64,000 bases of DNA from an uncultured beta proteobacterium. GTDB lineage: Bacteria > Pseudomonadota > Gammaproteobacteria > Burkholderiales > Casimicrobiaceae. Positions 1-10,835 of the stretch are shown in pieces. Below the pieces are notes generated by a model that saw nothing but the letters and a program-made list of their open reading frames with translations, ran no database searches and was not told where the DNA came from. The stretch lies in NCBI GenBank assembly GCA_963750585.1, contig CAVVRH010000015.1, positions 3,096-67,095 on the forward strand. Direction: 5' to 3'. Positions within the stretch are counted from its first letter, which is position 1; every line of letters starts with the position of its first letter. The position numbers and the translations under genes were made by a program.

Positions 1-412
1 GGCGATCCTGGTGGCGTTCGCATTGCTCGTCGCGAGTGCGATCGGGTTCGGCGGTGCCTATTCGAGCCTGATGACCGGCGATCCCGTGCAGTTGGGCACC
101 GCCGTGCTCGCAAGTCTCGGTGTCGCGACGCTGGTCGGGCTCCTCATCGCAACCGTCGCAGTGACCGTCCTCGCCATGATGTGGTGGTTCGCGGTGCCGC
201 TGATCGTGGTGAACAGTCTCGCACCATGGGACGCAATGACCACGAGCGCACGCGGTTGCCTGCAGAACGTGTTGCCCTTCCTGCTCTACGGCGTCGTTCT
301 CATCGGACTCGCGGTCGTCGCGTCGATACCGTTCTTCCTCGGATGGCTCGTGCTTGCGCCCGTCGCATTCGCGAGCCAATACGCAAGCTGGCGGCAGGTC
401 TTCGCGGGCTAA
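1..412 (+). CDS. BPSS1780-like integral membrane protein (5' end outside window)
   Basis: Hydrophobic ORF with 'WWFAVPLIV...A...S...C..N..PFLLYG...YASWRQVF', similar to the paralogue at 5535-6362. Confidence 0.7.
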   Translation, partial: AILVAFALLVASAIGFGGAYSSLMTGDPVQLGTAVLASLGVATLVGLLIATVAVTVLAMMWWFAVPLIVVNSLAPWDAMTTSARGCLQNVLPFLLYGVVLIGLAVVASIPFFLGWLVLAPVAFASQYASWRQVFAG

Positions 413-3183
413 TGCGCCTCGTCCCAGTTGGCGCCATAGCCGACGTCCACGACGAGCGGCACGCGCAATTGAGCCACACGCGTCATCCGGTGCGGCAGCT
501 CGCGCTGCACGTGCTCGCGCTCGTCGTCGGGCGCCTCGAGCACCAGCTCGTCGTGCACCTGGAGCAACAGCCGCGCCGCGAGCTTTTCCTCGTCGAGCCA
601 ACGCTGCACCTCGATCATCGCGAGCTTGATCAGGTCGGCTGCCGTGCCCTGCATGGGCGCGTTGATCGCCGCACGCTCGGCGCCCGCGCGCCGAGGTCCG
701 CTCGCCGCCTTGACGTCCGGCAGCCACAGCCTTCGCCCGAACACGGTCTCGACGTACCCCTGCGCGCGCGCCAGCTCGCGCGTGCGCTGCATGTAGTCGG
801 CCACGCCCGGATACCGCTGGAAATACTTGTCGATGAACTGCTGCGCTGCGCCGCGTTCGATGCCGAGCTGCTGCGCAAGGCCGAACGCGCCCATGCCGTA
901 GATCAGACCGAAGTTGACCGCCTTGATGTAACGCCGCTGGTCGGCCGACACGTCGGCCGCTGGCACGCCGAAAATCTCGGCCGCCGTTGCCCGGTGGATA
1001 TCCGCGCCCTCTAGGAACGCGCGCGTGAGCGCCGGATCCTCGGACAGGTGCGCCATGATCCGCAATTCGATCTGCGAATAATCGGCCGACACCAGCACAT
1101 GGCCGGGTGGCGCGATGAATGCCTCGCGGATGCGGCGCCCCTCGCTCGTGCGCACCGGGATGTTCTGCAGGTTCGGATCGCTCGACGCGAGGCGACCGGT
1201 CACCGCAGTGGCCTGCGCGAACGTCGTGTGCACACGCCCGGTCTGCCGGTTGATCATCTGCGGCAGCTTGTCGGTATACGTTGACTTGAGCTTGCTCATG
1301 CCCCGATGCTCGAGGATCAGCTTGGGCAGCGGAAAGTCGGCCGCGAGCTCGGAGAGCACCTCCTCGTCCGTGGATGGCTGACCCGTGGCGGTCTTCTTGA
1401 CGACCGGCAGCTTCATCCGCTCGAACAGGATTTCCGAAAGTTGCTTGGGAGAGCCCAGGTTGAACGGCCCGCCGGCGGCCGAGTACGCCTGCTGCTCGAG
1501 CGCCAGGATCCGCTCGCCGAGTTCCCCGCTCTGCCGCCGCAACCGCTCGGCATCGACAAGCACCCCGTTGCGCTCCATGCGAAACAGCACTTCGCGCACC
1601 GGCAGCTCGATTTCCCGGTAGATGTGCGCAAGCTTCGGATGCGCGGCGATCTTGGGCTTGAAATAGCGGTCGAGGCGAACGGTGAGGTCGACGTCCTCGG
1701 CCGAGTAATCGGTGGCGGTTTCGACCGAGACCTGGTCGAAAGGAATCTGAGCGGCGCCCTTGCCGGCGACGTCGGCGTACGTGAGCGGCTTCCAGTCGAG
1801 GTGACGCAGCGCGAGGCTGTCGAGATCGTGCGGCTTGTGCGACTCGAGCACGTACGACTGCAACAACGTGTCGTCGGCCACGCCGGCGAGCGCGACGCCA
1901 TGGTTGGCAAGCGCGTGCTGGTCGAACTTGAGGTTCTGGCCGAGCTTGGCACGTGTGGCATCGGCAAACCAGGGCGCGAGCTGCGCCAACACGCGCTCGC
2001 GATTAAGCTGCTCAGGCGCGCCCGCGTAGCGATGCGCGAGCGGGATGTAGCACGCGTGTCCGGGCTCGACCGCGAATGAGATGCCCACGATCTCCGTGGT
2101 CATCGGATCGAGGCTGGTCGTCTCCGTGTCGAAGCAAGTCAGATCCGCCCTGGAGATCGCGTCGATCCAGCGGTCGAGCGCGGCTTCGTCCCGCACTGTC
2201 TGGTAATGCAGGTCCGTCGGCTTGCCCTTGAGCTCGTTCATCGGCCTCGCATCGGGCTCGAAACGTCTTCCGGTGCCGTCGCGGGCGGCCCGCCCGGCGA
2301 TCGCACCCGCCGCGTCGCCCGAATCGGCCGTGCCGGTTGCACCCGGAAGATCGCGCAACCAGCTCTTGAGCTCGAAGCGCGCAAACAGCTCGCGCAGCTT
2401 GTCGTTCTCCATACCGTCAATGGTCAGATCGGTCGGCTCGACCGGCAATTCGCAGTCGGTCTTGACCGTCAGGAGCTGCTTCCCCTTCGGCAGCCATTCG
2501 ATCGCGGCGCGCAGGTTCTCGCCCACCACGCCGGGAATCTCGTCCGCGTGCGCGACAATCGCGTCGAGCGTGCCGTACTGGCTGAGCCACTTGGAGGCGG
2601 TCTTGGGGCCGACCTTGGCAACACCGGGCACGTTGTCCACCGAATCGCCGATCAGCGTCAGATAGTCGAGCACCTGGTCGGGGCGCACACCGAACTTGGC
2701 CAAGACGCCGTCCTGATCGAGCGTCTCGTTGCTCATCGTGTTGACGCACGTGATGCCAGGCTCGACCAGCTGCGCGAGATCCTTGTCGGAGGTCGAGATG
2801 ATCGTGTCGATGCCGCGCGCTCTTGCCTGCCGCGCCAGCGTGCCGATCACGTCGTCTGCCTCGACGCCTTCCACCATCAGCATCGGCCAGCCATGCGCGT
2901 GCACGAGCTCGTGCAGCGGACCGATTTGCGCCACGAGATCGTCCGGCATCGGCGGGCGATTCGCCTTGTACTCGGGATACCAGGCATCGCGAAAAGTCTT
3001 GCCCGGCGCATCGAATACCACCGCGAAATAGTCCGGCTTGCCGTCCTCGACCATTCGGCGCAACATCGCGACCACGCCGCGCAGCGCACCCGTCGGCTCG
3101 CCTCTCGAGGTGCGAAGATCGGGCAGCGCGTGGAAGGCGCGATAGAGATACGAAGAACCGTCGACGAGAACGAGCGTAGGCAT
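409..3183 (-). CDS. polA: DNA polymerase I
   Basis: N-term 'LVLVDGSSYLYRAFHA' (5'-3' exo), 'FDTETT' (3'-5' exo), 'ADYSQIELR', 'KAVNFGLIYG', 'QVHDELV'; start trimmed to ATG at 3183. Confidence 0.98.
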   Translation of the reverse strand: MPTLVLVDGSSYLYRAFHALPDLRTSRGEPTGALRGVVAMLRRMVEDGKPDYFAVVFDAPGKTFRDAWYPEYKANRPPMPDDLVAQIGPLHELVHAHGWPMLMVEGVEADDVIGTLARQARARGIDTIISTSDKDLAQLVEPGITCVNTMSNETLDQDGVLAKFGVRPDQVLDYLTLIGDSVDNVPGVAKVGPKTASKWLSQYGTLDAIVAHADEIPGVVGENLRAAIEWLPKGKQLLTVKTDCELPVEPTDLTIDGMENDKLRELFARFELKSWLRDLPGATGTADSGDAAGAIAGRAARDGTGRRFEPDARPMNELKGKPTDLHYQTVRDEAALDRWIDAISRADLTCFDTETTSLDPMTTEIVGISFAVEPGHACYIPLAHRYAGAPEQLNRERVLAQLAPWFADATRAKLGQNLKFDQHALANHGVALAGVADDTLLQSYVLESHKPHDLDSLALRHLDWKPLTYADVAGKGAAQIPFDQVSVETATDYSAEDVDLTVRLDRYFKPKIAAHPKLAHIYREIELPVREVLFRMERNGVLVDAERLRRQSGELGERILALEQQAYSAAGGPFNLGSPKQLSEILFERMKLPVVKKTATGQPSTDEEVLSELAADFPLPKLILEHRGMSKLKSTYTDKLPQMINRQTGRVHTTFAQATAVTGRLASSDPNLQNIPVRTSEGRRIREAFIAPPGHVLVSADYSQIELRIMAHLSEDPALTRAFLEGADIHRATAAEIFGVPAADVSADQRRYIKAVNFGLIYGMGAFGLAQQLGIERGAAQQFIDKYFQRYPGVADYMQRTRELARAQGYVETVFGRRLWLPDVKAASGPRRAGAERAAINAPMQGTAADLIKLAMIEVQRWLDEEKLAARLLLQVHDELVLEAPDDEREHVQRELPHRMTRVAQLRVPLVVDVGYGANWDEAH

Positions 3184-3907
3184 GCAGCTGACCCCGAAGA
3201 TTCCGGAGATCATCGACCCCCAGGCCGCATACACGACCAACGGCCAGGAAGCGTGGCGGGTGCTGGGGATTATGGCAGAGTTCGCGGTCGCGACCGAACG
3301 GCTGCGTGGCATCCGGCCGGCTGTTTCGATGTTCGGCAGCTCGCGCATCGGCGCGGGCCATCCGTACTACGAGAAGACGCGAGTGATCGCGCGGCGACTC
3401 TCCGACGCCGGGTTCGCGGTGATCTCCGGTGGAGGCCCCGGTTCGATGGAGGCCGCCAATCTCGGCGCCTTCGAGGGACGCTCGCCGGCAGTCGGACTCA
3501 ACATCCTGCTGCCGCACGAAGAAGGCCGCAACGCGTACCAGGACGTGCACGTGGACTTCCGCTATTTCTTCGCGCGCAAGATGATGTTCGTGCGCTTCGC
3601 GTCCGCGTATGTGGTGCTGCCCGGCGGCTTCGGCACGCTGGACGAGCTTTCCGAGTGCCTGACGCTGGTGCAGACCGGCAAGTCGCGACGCATTCCGATC
3701 ATCCTGGTCGGCGGAGAGTTCTGGCACGGCCTGCTCGTCTGGATGCGCGAGCGCTTCGTCGGCGAAGGCATGATCGGCGAGCAGGACATGCAGCTGATGC
3801 GCGTCATCGACGATCCCGACGCAATCGTCGAGGCGATCTTCGAGTTCTACGAAGGACGCGGCTTCCAGCCGACGCGTGCCGAGCGCGACAAGATGCTCAA
3901 CCTCTAG
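3182..3907 (+). CDS. LOG family (TIGR00730) nucleotide monophosphate phosphoribohydrolase
   Basis: 'SGGGPGSMEAAN', 'YFFARKMMFV', 'PGGFGTLDEL' motifs. Confidence 0.93.
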   Translation: MQLTPKIPEIIDPQAAYTTNGQEAWRVLGIMAEFAVATERLRGIRPAVSMFGSSRIGAGHPYYEKTRVIARRLSDAGFAVISGGGPGSMEAANLGAFEGRSPAVGLNILLPHEEGRNAYQDVHVDFRYFFARKMMFVRFASAYVVLPGGFGTLDELSECLTLVQTGKSRRIPIILVGGEFWHGLLVWMRERFVGEGMIGEQDMQLMRVIDDPDAIVEAIFEFYEGRGFQPTRAERDKMLNL

Positions 3908-4167
3908 GGAGCCGCTGCATGGCCCGCGCATGGTCTTAGCGCGGCAACACGTTTCGGCTGTGCTGGCGCCGAACAACACGCCGGCCTTCCTGGCATGGGG
4001 AGTCTCGGCGCCAGCGCCCCGTCTGCACCGACGTGAGGCACGGGTTCAGACGCTCCCTGGTGAGGCTTCGGCGCAACGACGACGCGGTCTGGCCGGTGTG
4101 GCATCCGGCTGTCCAAGCCGCAGTGCGTCTGCTCTGCTAGAATTCAATCATTCTCCCCGGTGTTCGC

Positions 4168-4533
4168 ATGAAGCGCCTCCGCTCCGCGTTCGTTCCGCTG
4201 CTGTTCTGCACGTTCGCGAGTGTCGCGTGGGCGCAGCCCGCGCCGCCACCGCCGCCGTTGCCGCCTCCACCTCCCCAGGTTGACGCCTCGCCACCGCCGC
4301 TTCCACCGGTGGCAAGCGATCCCGAACTCGAACCGCAGGTCACGATCATCCGCCGCGAGTCGGAAACGGTTGAGGAAGTCCGCATCGGCGGCGAACTCAA
4401 GTTCGTCAAGGTGACACCGACTACGGGCAGACCCTACTATCTGGTTCCGAATCGAAGCGGCACCGGGTTCCTCCGTCGGAATTCCCTGGACATTGGTCTG
4501 AGCGTCCCGCTTTGGGTGTTGTTTTCCTGGTGA
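4168..4533 (+). CDS. DUF2782-like exported Pro-rich protein
   Basis: Signal peptide, poly-Pro linker, 'EPQVTI...VEEVRIGG..KFVKVTP..GRPYYL', ends 'W.LFSW'; TAGAAT -10-like box upstream. Confidence 0.8.
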   Translation: MKRLRSAFVPLLFCTFASVAWAQPAPPPPPLPPPPPQVDASPPPLPPVASDPELEPQVTIIRRESETVEEVRIGGELKFVKVTPTTGRPYYLVPNRSGTGFLRRNSLDIGLSVPLWVLFSW

Positions 4534-4587
4534 GCTAGCCGCTCCTTTCCGTCCCGCGCGGTTGCGTCTCGAACCGCGCGCCGTTCA

Positions 4588-5531
4588 ATGTCTGTCTACA
4601 CCACGGTTTCGGCCGAAGACCTCGACGCCTGGCTTACGCGCTATGCGGTAGGCGGACTCGTCGAGCTGCAGCCAATTGTGTCGGGCATCGAGAACACCAA
4701 CTACTTCGTGACGACCGGCAAGGGCCGGTACGTGCTGACCTTGTACGAACGTCTCCCGGCGGAGGAATTGCCGTTCTATCTGAACCTCATGGCGCACCTT
4801 GCGCGCGCCGGCGTCGAAGTGCCAGCGCCCGAGCCGGATCGCACCGGAGCGCTGTTCTCGCACCTGAACGGCAAGCCCGCGGGGCTGGTCGCGCGCGTGG
4901 ACGGCGCGCCGCTCCTTCCGCCGACCACCGCGCACTGCCACGCCGCCGGTAGTGCCCTCGCCCGATTGCATCTCGCATCGCAGAACTACCGGGCGCGGCT
5001 CACCAACCGGCGTGGACCCGCGTGGTGGCGACAGGCGGCGCGCGCAGTGCGGCCGTTCCTGACGCCGGACCAGGATGGGCTTCTGCAAGCGGAGCTCGCG
5101 TTCCAGACCGGATTCGGACGCAGCAAGTTGCCGAAGGGCGCAATCCACGGCGACATGTTCTGTGACAACGTGCTGTTCAACGGTGACCGTGTCGCAGGCA
5201 TCATCGATTTCGGATTCGCCGCCACCGACTTCCTCGCCTACGACGCCGCAATCGCGATCAACGATTGGTGCGACGCCGGCGACGGCTCGCTCGCGCCTGA
5301 GCCGGCGAACGCATTCATTGCCGGCTACCAGGCGGTGCGCCCGCTGACATCCGACGAGCGCGCGCAGTGGCCCGCTCTGCTGCGCGCCGCCGCGCTGCGC
5401 TTCTGGCTCTCGCGGCTTTACGACCTGTATCTCCCGCGCCCGGGTGAGCTCACCATGCGCACGATCCGGCGCGCTTCGAGCGGATCCTGCGTAACCGGGT
5501 CGCCGCGATGCACCGGCAGCCGGAGGCATAG
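4588..5531 (+). CDS. thrB: Homoserine kinase type II (APH-like fold); 1-bp frameshift near 5455
   Basis: 'MSVYT', 'GIENTNYF', 'IHGDMFCDNVLF', 'IDFGFA', 'AALRFWLSRL'; restoring one C gives the expected tail 'HAHDPARFERILR' ending TAG 5531. Confidence 0.92.
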
Positions 5532-5534
5532 ACG

Positions 5535-6362
5535 ATGACCGCGATGGACGCGCGCGACATTGTCTTCACCCGCCACGAGGGCCGCCGTGGCATCGCATGG
5601 CTGCGCGACGCCTACGCGATGTTCTCGCGCGCGCGATTGCCCTGGCTGTTGCTGCTCCTCGCCTACTACGCGGCACTTGCGCTCATCGACATCGTGCCGT
5701 TCATCGGGCAGCTGGCCGTGCCGGTGCTGAAGCCGGTGTTCGCCGTCGGCTTTCTCGCGGCGGCATGGGCGCAGGAGCGCGGCGGCGCGCCGCGCGTCGC
5801 ACAGCTCTTCCAGGGCTTCAAGTCGAACCTGTGGGCGCTGTTGCCGCTAGGCGCGTTCTTCCTGGTCGGCATCACCGTGTCGATACTCGCGACGCAGGTC
5901 GTCGACGGCGGGAGACTGCTCGACGTGCTGTCGGGGCGCGAGAAGCTTACCGAGGAGATGATCCGCAGCGGCGAGATACAGCTGTCGATGCTCTTCGCCG
6001 CGCTCTGCGCACTGCCGACGATCCTTGCCCTGTGGTTCGCGCCGGGGCTCGTCGTGTTCCAGGACGCGAACGCCATGACCGCGCTGAGTGCGAGCCTGCG
6101 TGCCGCGCTCGCCAACTGGCGCCCGCTGCTCGTCTACGGTCTCGGCGTCTTTGTGCTCGGCGGTGTCGTCCCGTATCTCATCCTGCTCGCGATGTCGCAA
6201 CTGCTGGGTGCCGTGGACAGCGCGCTGGCGCTGCTCGTCACATTGCCTTACCTGATGTTCTTCGTCGCGACGCTGCACATCTCCGACTACGTGAGCTACC
6301 GCGACGTGTTCCACGCAGGCGAGACGCTCGCACCGCTCGGGCGCCGCAGCGACTCGGCCTGA
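5535..6362 (+). CDS. BPSS1780-like integral membrane protein
   Basis: Multi-TM ORF; 'G.AWLRDA..MF', 'WFAPGLVVF', 'N.RPLLVYG', 'YVSYRDVF'. Confidence 0.8.
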   Translation: MTAMDARDIVFTRHEGRRGIAWLRDAYAMFSRARLPWLLLLLAYYAALALIDIVPFIGQLAVPVLKPVFAVGFLAAAWAQERGGAPRVAQLFQGFKSNLWALLPLGAFFLVGITVSILATQVVDGGRLLDVLSGREKLTEEMIRSGEIQLSMLFAALCALPTILALWFAPGLVVFQDANAMTALSASLRAALANWRPLLVYGLGVFVLGGVVPYLILLAMSQLLGAVDSALALLVTLPYLMFFVATLHISDYVSYRDVFHAGETLAPLGRRSDSA

Positions 6363-6378
6363 CGAGACGGCTCCGGCG

Positions 6379-8618
6379 CTACGCCGGCTCGAGCCTTGCG
6401 TATTCCAGCGCGAGCCACTTGACGCCGACGTCGCGGAAGTTGACCTGCACCCGCGCATCGCTGCCGCGACCTTCCGAGTCGATGATGACGCCGACGCCGA
6501 ATTTGGCGTGGCGCACGCTCTGCCCGATCCGCCATGCCGGCGCGGGCGGCGTTGCCTGCGGGTAGTCCGGCACCTGCGTGCCCCACTCGGACTCGTCGAT
6601 GTCGATCGTGCGCCGCCGCCACGGCGAAAGCCACGTCAGAAGTTCGCGCGGCAGCTCGTCGAGGAAACGGCTCTGGATGTTGTAGCGTGTCTGGCCGTGC
6701 AGCATGCGCGTCTGCGCCTGCGTGAGGTAGAGGCGCCGCTTGGCGCGCGTGATCGCGACGTACATGAGCCGTCGCTCTTCCTCGACGCCGTTGAACTCGG
6801 ACAGGCTGTTCTCGTGCGGGAACAGCCCCTCCTCCAGTCCCGTCACGAACACCGTGTGGAACTCGAGACCCTTCGCGGAATGCACGGTCATGAGCTGCAG
6901 CGCTGGCCGGCCCTCGGCCGCCTGCGTCTCGCCGGCTTCCAGCGCGGCGTGGGCGAGGAACGCGGTCAGCGGGTCCGTCGCGCCTTCCTGCGGTCCATCC
7001 TCTGGCGCCGGCGATTGGGGCGCGATTCGATCGGAGAGCATGGGAGCATCGGTCGCGATTTCCGCCTCGCGCACGAAACTCTCGGCAGCGTTCACCAACT
7101 CCTCGAGATTCTCGACCCGATCCTGCCCGTCCTTCTCCTGCCGATAGTGCGCGAGGAGGCCCGAAGCGTCGATCACGTGCGCGACCGCCTCCTTGAGCGG
7201 CAGCGCCATCGTTTCGGAGCGCAGCTTCTCGATCAGGCGGACGAAGGCGGCGAGGCTCGCGCCCGCCCGCCCGCCGATCCCGCCCGCAAAGGCCGCCTGC
7301 CACAGCGTCGTGCCCGCGCCCCGCGCGTTGTCCTGCAACTGCTCCAGCGTGCGCGCGCCGATGCCGCGGGGGGGAAATTGACGACACGCAGGAACGCGCC
7401 GTCGTCGCCCGGCTGAGCGACGAGCCGAAGATAGCCGAGCGCGTGCTTCACTTCCGCGCGCTCGAAGTAGCGCATGCCGCCGTAGACGCGGTACGGTATC
7501 CCGGCGCCGAAGAGCGCATGCTCCAGCACGCGAGATTGCGCATTGCTGCGGTAGAGGATCGCCGCCTCGGACAGCGGCACGCCCTCGTCCGCGAGGTTCT
7601 TGACGATGTCGACGACGAACGCCGCCTCGTCGAGATCCGAGGGCGCCGCGAACGCGCGCACGGGCTCGCCCCTGCTCTCGTCGGTCCAGAGATTCTTGCC
7701 GAGCCGCGACTGGTTGTGACGGATCAGCGCATTTGCTGCGTCCAGGATGTTGCCGTGCGAGCGGTAGTTCCGCTCGAGCTTGATCAGCCTGACCGGCCGG
7801 TCGGCCGTGGCGAATTCGCGCTCGAAGTGCTGCATGTTGGCGACGTTCGCGCCGCGGAACGCGTAGATCGATTGGTCGTCGTCGCCGACCGCGAACACGG
7901 TGGTTGCGGGCCCGGTGAGCAGCCGCAGCCACCTGTACTGCAGAACGTTCGTATCCTGGAATTCGTCCACAAGCAGGTGCGAGAAGCGCCGCTGGTAGTG
8001 CTCGCGCAGCCTGTCGTTGCCGGCGAGCAGTTCATAGCTGCGCAGCAGCAACTCCGCGAAATCGACGGCGCCCTCGCGCTGGCACAGCGCCTCGTACAGC
8101 GCATAGTGCTCGACCTGTGCGCGCACGAAATCGTCACCGGCCTCGACCATGTTCGGCCGCAATCCCTGCTCCTTCGCGTTCATGATGAAGTACTGCAGCT
8201 GACGTGCGGGAAAGCGCTCGTCGTCGATGTTATGCGCGCGATAGAGGCGCTTGATCAGCGCGAGCTGGTCCTGCGTGTCGAGGATCTGGAATAGCTGCGG
8301 CAGGTTGGCGTCACGGTGATGGGCGCGCAGCATGCGGTTGCACAGCCCGTGAAACGTGCCAACCCACATGCCGCGCGTGTTGACCGGAGTCAGCGCAGAC
8401 AGCCGCAGCATCATCTCTCGAGCGGCCTTGTTGGTGAACGTCACCGCCAGGATCGACAAGGGGCTTGCCTGTCCGGTCGCGAGCAGCCAGGCGATGCGGG
8501 TGGTAAGCACGCGCGTCTTGCCACTGCCCGCGCCCGCGAGGATCAGCGCCGATCCGTGCGGCAGCGTGACCGCAGCGAGCTGCTCGGGATTCAGGTTGGC
8601 GAGAAGCGGTGAAGCCAT
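6379..8618 (-). CDS. uvrD: DNA helicase II UvrD; frameshift in G-run near 7370
   Basis: 'AGAGSGKTRVL', 'VDEFQDTN', 'VGDDDQSIY', 'LMTVHSAKGLEF', 'EERRLMYVAITRA', C-terminal Tudor-like 'VRHAKFG.G'; split over two frames at a homopolymer. Confidence 0.95.
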
Positions 8619-8714
8619 CGGGATCGGCGCGGGAGGTTCGCGCACGTCGGAAGATGTGCGAGATGGGGACGATCGCGGCGCCGGACAGTGCAGGCGCTTC
8701 GCGATGAACGGCTC

Positions 8715-8779
8715 ATTATACGGCGCCGTGACAGCGCACTCGACCTGCGTCCGCGGACGTTTCGTCCCGGCGCTATAAT
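8715..8779. promoter_or_regulatory. Divergent sigma70 -10 boxes for uvrD and argA
   Basis: Perfect TATAAT on - strand (8715-8720) and on + strand (8774-8779) in an otherwise GC-rich spacer. Confidence 0.55.
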
Positions 8780-8806
8780 CCGCCCGCCTCCCCATCCCGC
8801 TTGCCC

Positions 8807-10156
8807 ATGGCCCGCACCCCTGATGCGACTCCGCCGGCGAATTCCGCCACGATGCGGTCGTTCGTCCATTGGATCCGTGCCGCGGCGCCGTACGTGCACG
8901 CGTTCCGCGGCAAGACGTTCGTGATCGCATTCGGCGGCGAGGTCGTCGCCGAGGACTCGTTCCTTGGCGTGATCCACGACCTCAATCTGCTGGTGAGCCT
9001 CGGCATCCACCTCGTCGTGGTGCACGGCTGCCGGCCGCAGGTCGAAGCGATCCTGGAGCAGCAGGGCTTCGAGAGCCGCTACGCATACGGCGTGCGGGTG
9101 ACCGATGCCGACGCGATGGACTGCGTGCTCGAAGCCGCGGGCCAGGTGCGGGCGCGCATCGAGGCGCTGCTGTCGCTCGGCCTCGCGAACTCGCCGATGG
9201 CCGGCGCACGCAATCGCGTCTCGTCGGGCAACTACATCACCGCCAAGCCCATCGGCGTGATCGAGGGCGTGGACATGCAGCACACCGGCGAAGTGCGCCG
9301 GGTCGATACCGAGGCAATTTCACAGCGACTGGACGACGGCGATATCGTGCTGATCTCGCCGATCGGTTATTCGCCGACCGGCGAGATCTTCAATCTGACG
9401 GTCGAGGAAGTGGCAACGCAGGTCGCCGTCAGGCTCGATGCCACCAAGCTCATCTTCCTGATGGATGCGGATGGCGTCCGCAACGGCCGCCGCCAGCTCA
9501 TCACGGACCTTTCGACCAAGGACGGCGAGGCGCTGCTCGGAAAATCCGACAAGCTTTCGCCGGATGTTCGCCTCTACCTGCCCGCGGCGATCCGCGCGTG
9601 CGACAACGGCGTCAAGCGCGCGCATCTCATCAGCCGGCGCCTGGACGGCGCGCTGCTGCTCGAGCTCTTCACGCGCGACGGCGTGGGTACGATGGTCGCC
9701 TCGACGTCGCTCGCGCACATCCGCAACGCGACGATCGACGACGTCGGTGGCATCCTCGCGATCATCGTGCCGCTGGAGGAACAGGGTGTGCTGGTCCGCC
9801 GCTCGCGCGAGCGGCTGGAGGCCGAGATCGAGAAGTTTCTCGTCGCCGAATACGACGGCCACATCATCGGTTGCGCCGCGCTGTACGCCTTTCCCGAGGA
9901 GCGGGTCGGCGAACTCGCCGCGCTGGCGGTGCATCCCGACTTCCGCCGCGAGGGCTACGGCGAGACCCTGATGCAGGAGATCGAGGGGCGCGCGCGCAAG
10001 CTCCGCCTCGCGAACCTGTTCGTGCTGACGACGCGAACCGCGCACTGGTTCGTCGAACGCGGATACCGGCCGTCGACGATCGGGGAGCTGCCGCAGCAGA
10101 AGCAGGCCCTCTACAATTATCAGCGGAAGTCGCAGGTCTATCGGAAACCGCTCTGA
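8807..10156 (+). CDS. argA: Amino-acid N-acetyltransferase (N-acetylglutamate synthase)
   Basis: '[14 protein letters not shown]', kinase-like domain, '[13 protein letters not shown]', GNAT domain, 'YNYQRKS'. Confidence 0.97.
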   Translation: MARTPDATPPANSATMRSFVHWIRAAAPYVHAFRGKTFVIAFGGEVVAEDSFLGVIHDLNLLVSLGIHLVVVHGCRPQVEAILEQQGFESRYAYGVRVTDADAMDCVLEAAGQVRARIEALLSLGLANSPMAGARNRVSSGNYITAKPIGVIEGVDMQHTGEVRRVDTEAISQRLDDGDIVLISPIGYSPTGEIFNLTVEEVATQVAVRLDATKLIFLMDADGVRNGRRQLITDLSTKDGEALLGKSDKLSPDVRLYLPAAIRACDNGVKRAHLISRRLDGALLLELFTRDGVGTMVASTSLAHIRNATIDDVGGILAIIVPLEEQGVLVRRSRERLEAEIEKFLVAEYDGHIIGCAALYAFPEERVGELAALAVHPDFRREGYGETLMQEIEGRARKLRLANLFVLTTRTAHWFVERGYRPSTIGELPQQKQALYNYQRKSQVYRKPL

Positions 10157-10208
10157 ATGTTCCGGGTTCGGTGACCCGCCGAGCAGGCCCGATGCACAGG
10201 AGAATCGA

Positions 10209-10484
10209 ATGGCAAGGATGGTGAACTGCGTCAAGCTCGGCCGCGAGGCCGAAGGACTTGATTTTCCGCCCTACCCCGGTGAGCTCGGCAAGCGCATCTA
10301 CGAGAACGTCTCCAAGGAAGCGTGGGCGCAATGGCTGCGCCACCAGACGATGCTCGTCAACGAGAACCGGCTTTCGCTCGCGGACGCCCGCGCGCGAAAG
10401 TGGCTCGCGGAGCAGATGGAAAAGCACTTTTTCGGCGGTGGCGCCGAGACGCCGGCCGGTTACGTTCCGCCGAAGGAAGGCTGA
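10209..10484 (+). CDS. yggX: Fe(II)-trafficking / oxidative damage protection protein
   Basis: '[30 protein letters not shown]...W...QTMLVNE'. Confidence 0.95.
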   Translation: MARMVNCVKLGREAEGLDFPPYPGELGKRIYENVSKEAWAQWLRHQTMLVNENRLSLADARARKWLAEQMEKHFFGGGAETPAGYVPPKEG

Positions 10485-10542
10485 CCCGCAAACCCAACCC
10501 CGACGCACCCGCGCGCCTGCGGGCGCAGGACCGAGTCCCGCC

Positions 10543-10719
10543 ATGCCCGGAGCACCGCCTCCGATCTCGCGTTATCCCGTACCAGCGCTGGACGCGATGC
10601 CCGATGACATCCGCACCCGCATCGTCGAAGTGCAGCAAAAGGCTGGGTTCGTTCCCAACGTGTTCCCGACGCTCGCACATCGTCCCGACGAATTCCGCGC
10701 GTTCTTGAACGTGTTGTAA
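10543..10719 (+). pseudogene. 5' fragment of AhpD-like peroxidase-related enzyme
   Basis: 'ISRYPVP...KAGFVPNVF.TLAHRPDEFRAF' matches the N-terminus of 13914-14507, then stops after 'LNVL'. Confidence 0.85.
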
Positions 10720-10835
10720 TGAAAGTTTCAACGAGACGGTCCAGTTTCTCGGGCATGTCGACCCGGATATTGAGGCAACTTAGGGCGCACTTGCGTTACT
10801 CGTCGCGTCGCGACCGGTTTCGGTTTGCGCTCTGC

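Noticed and set aside
4240-4310. CCG-rich microsatellite-like tract
   Set aside because: Encodes the poly-proline linker of the DUF2782-like protein
7360-7380. Programmed frameshift or phase variation in the uvrD G-run
   Set aside because: A single homopolymer indel in an assembly with many similar indels is more simply a sequencing error
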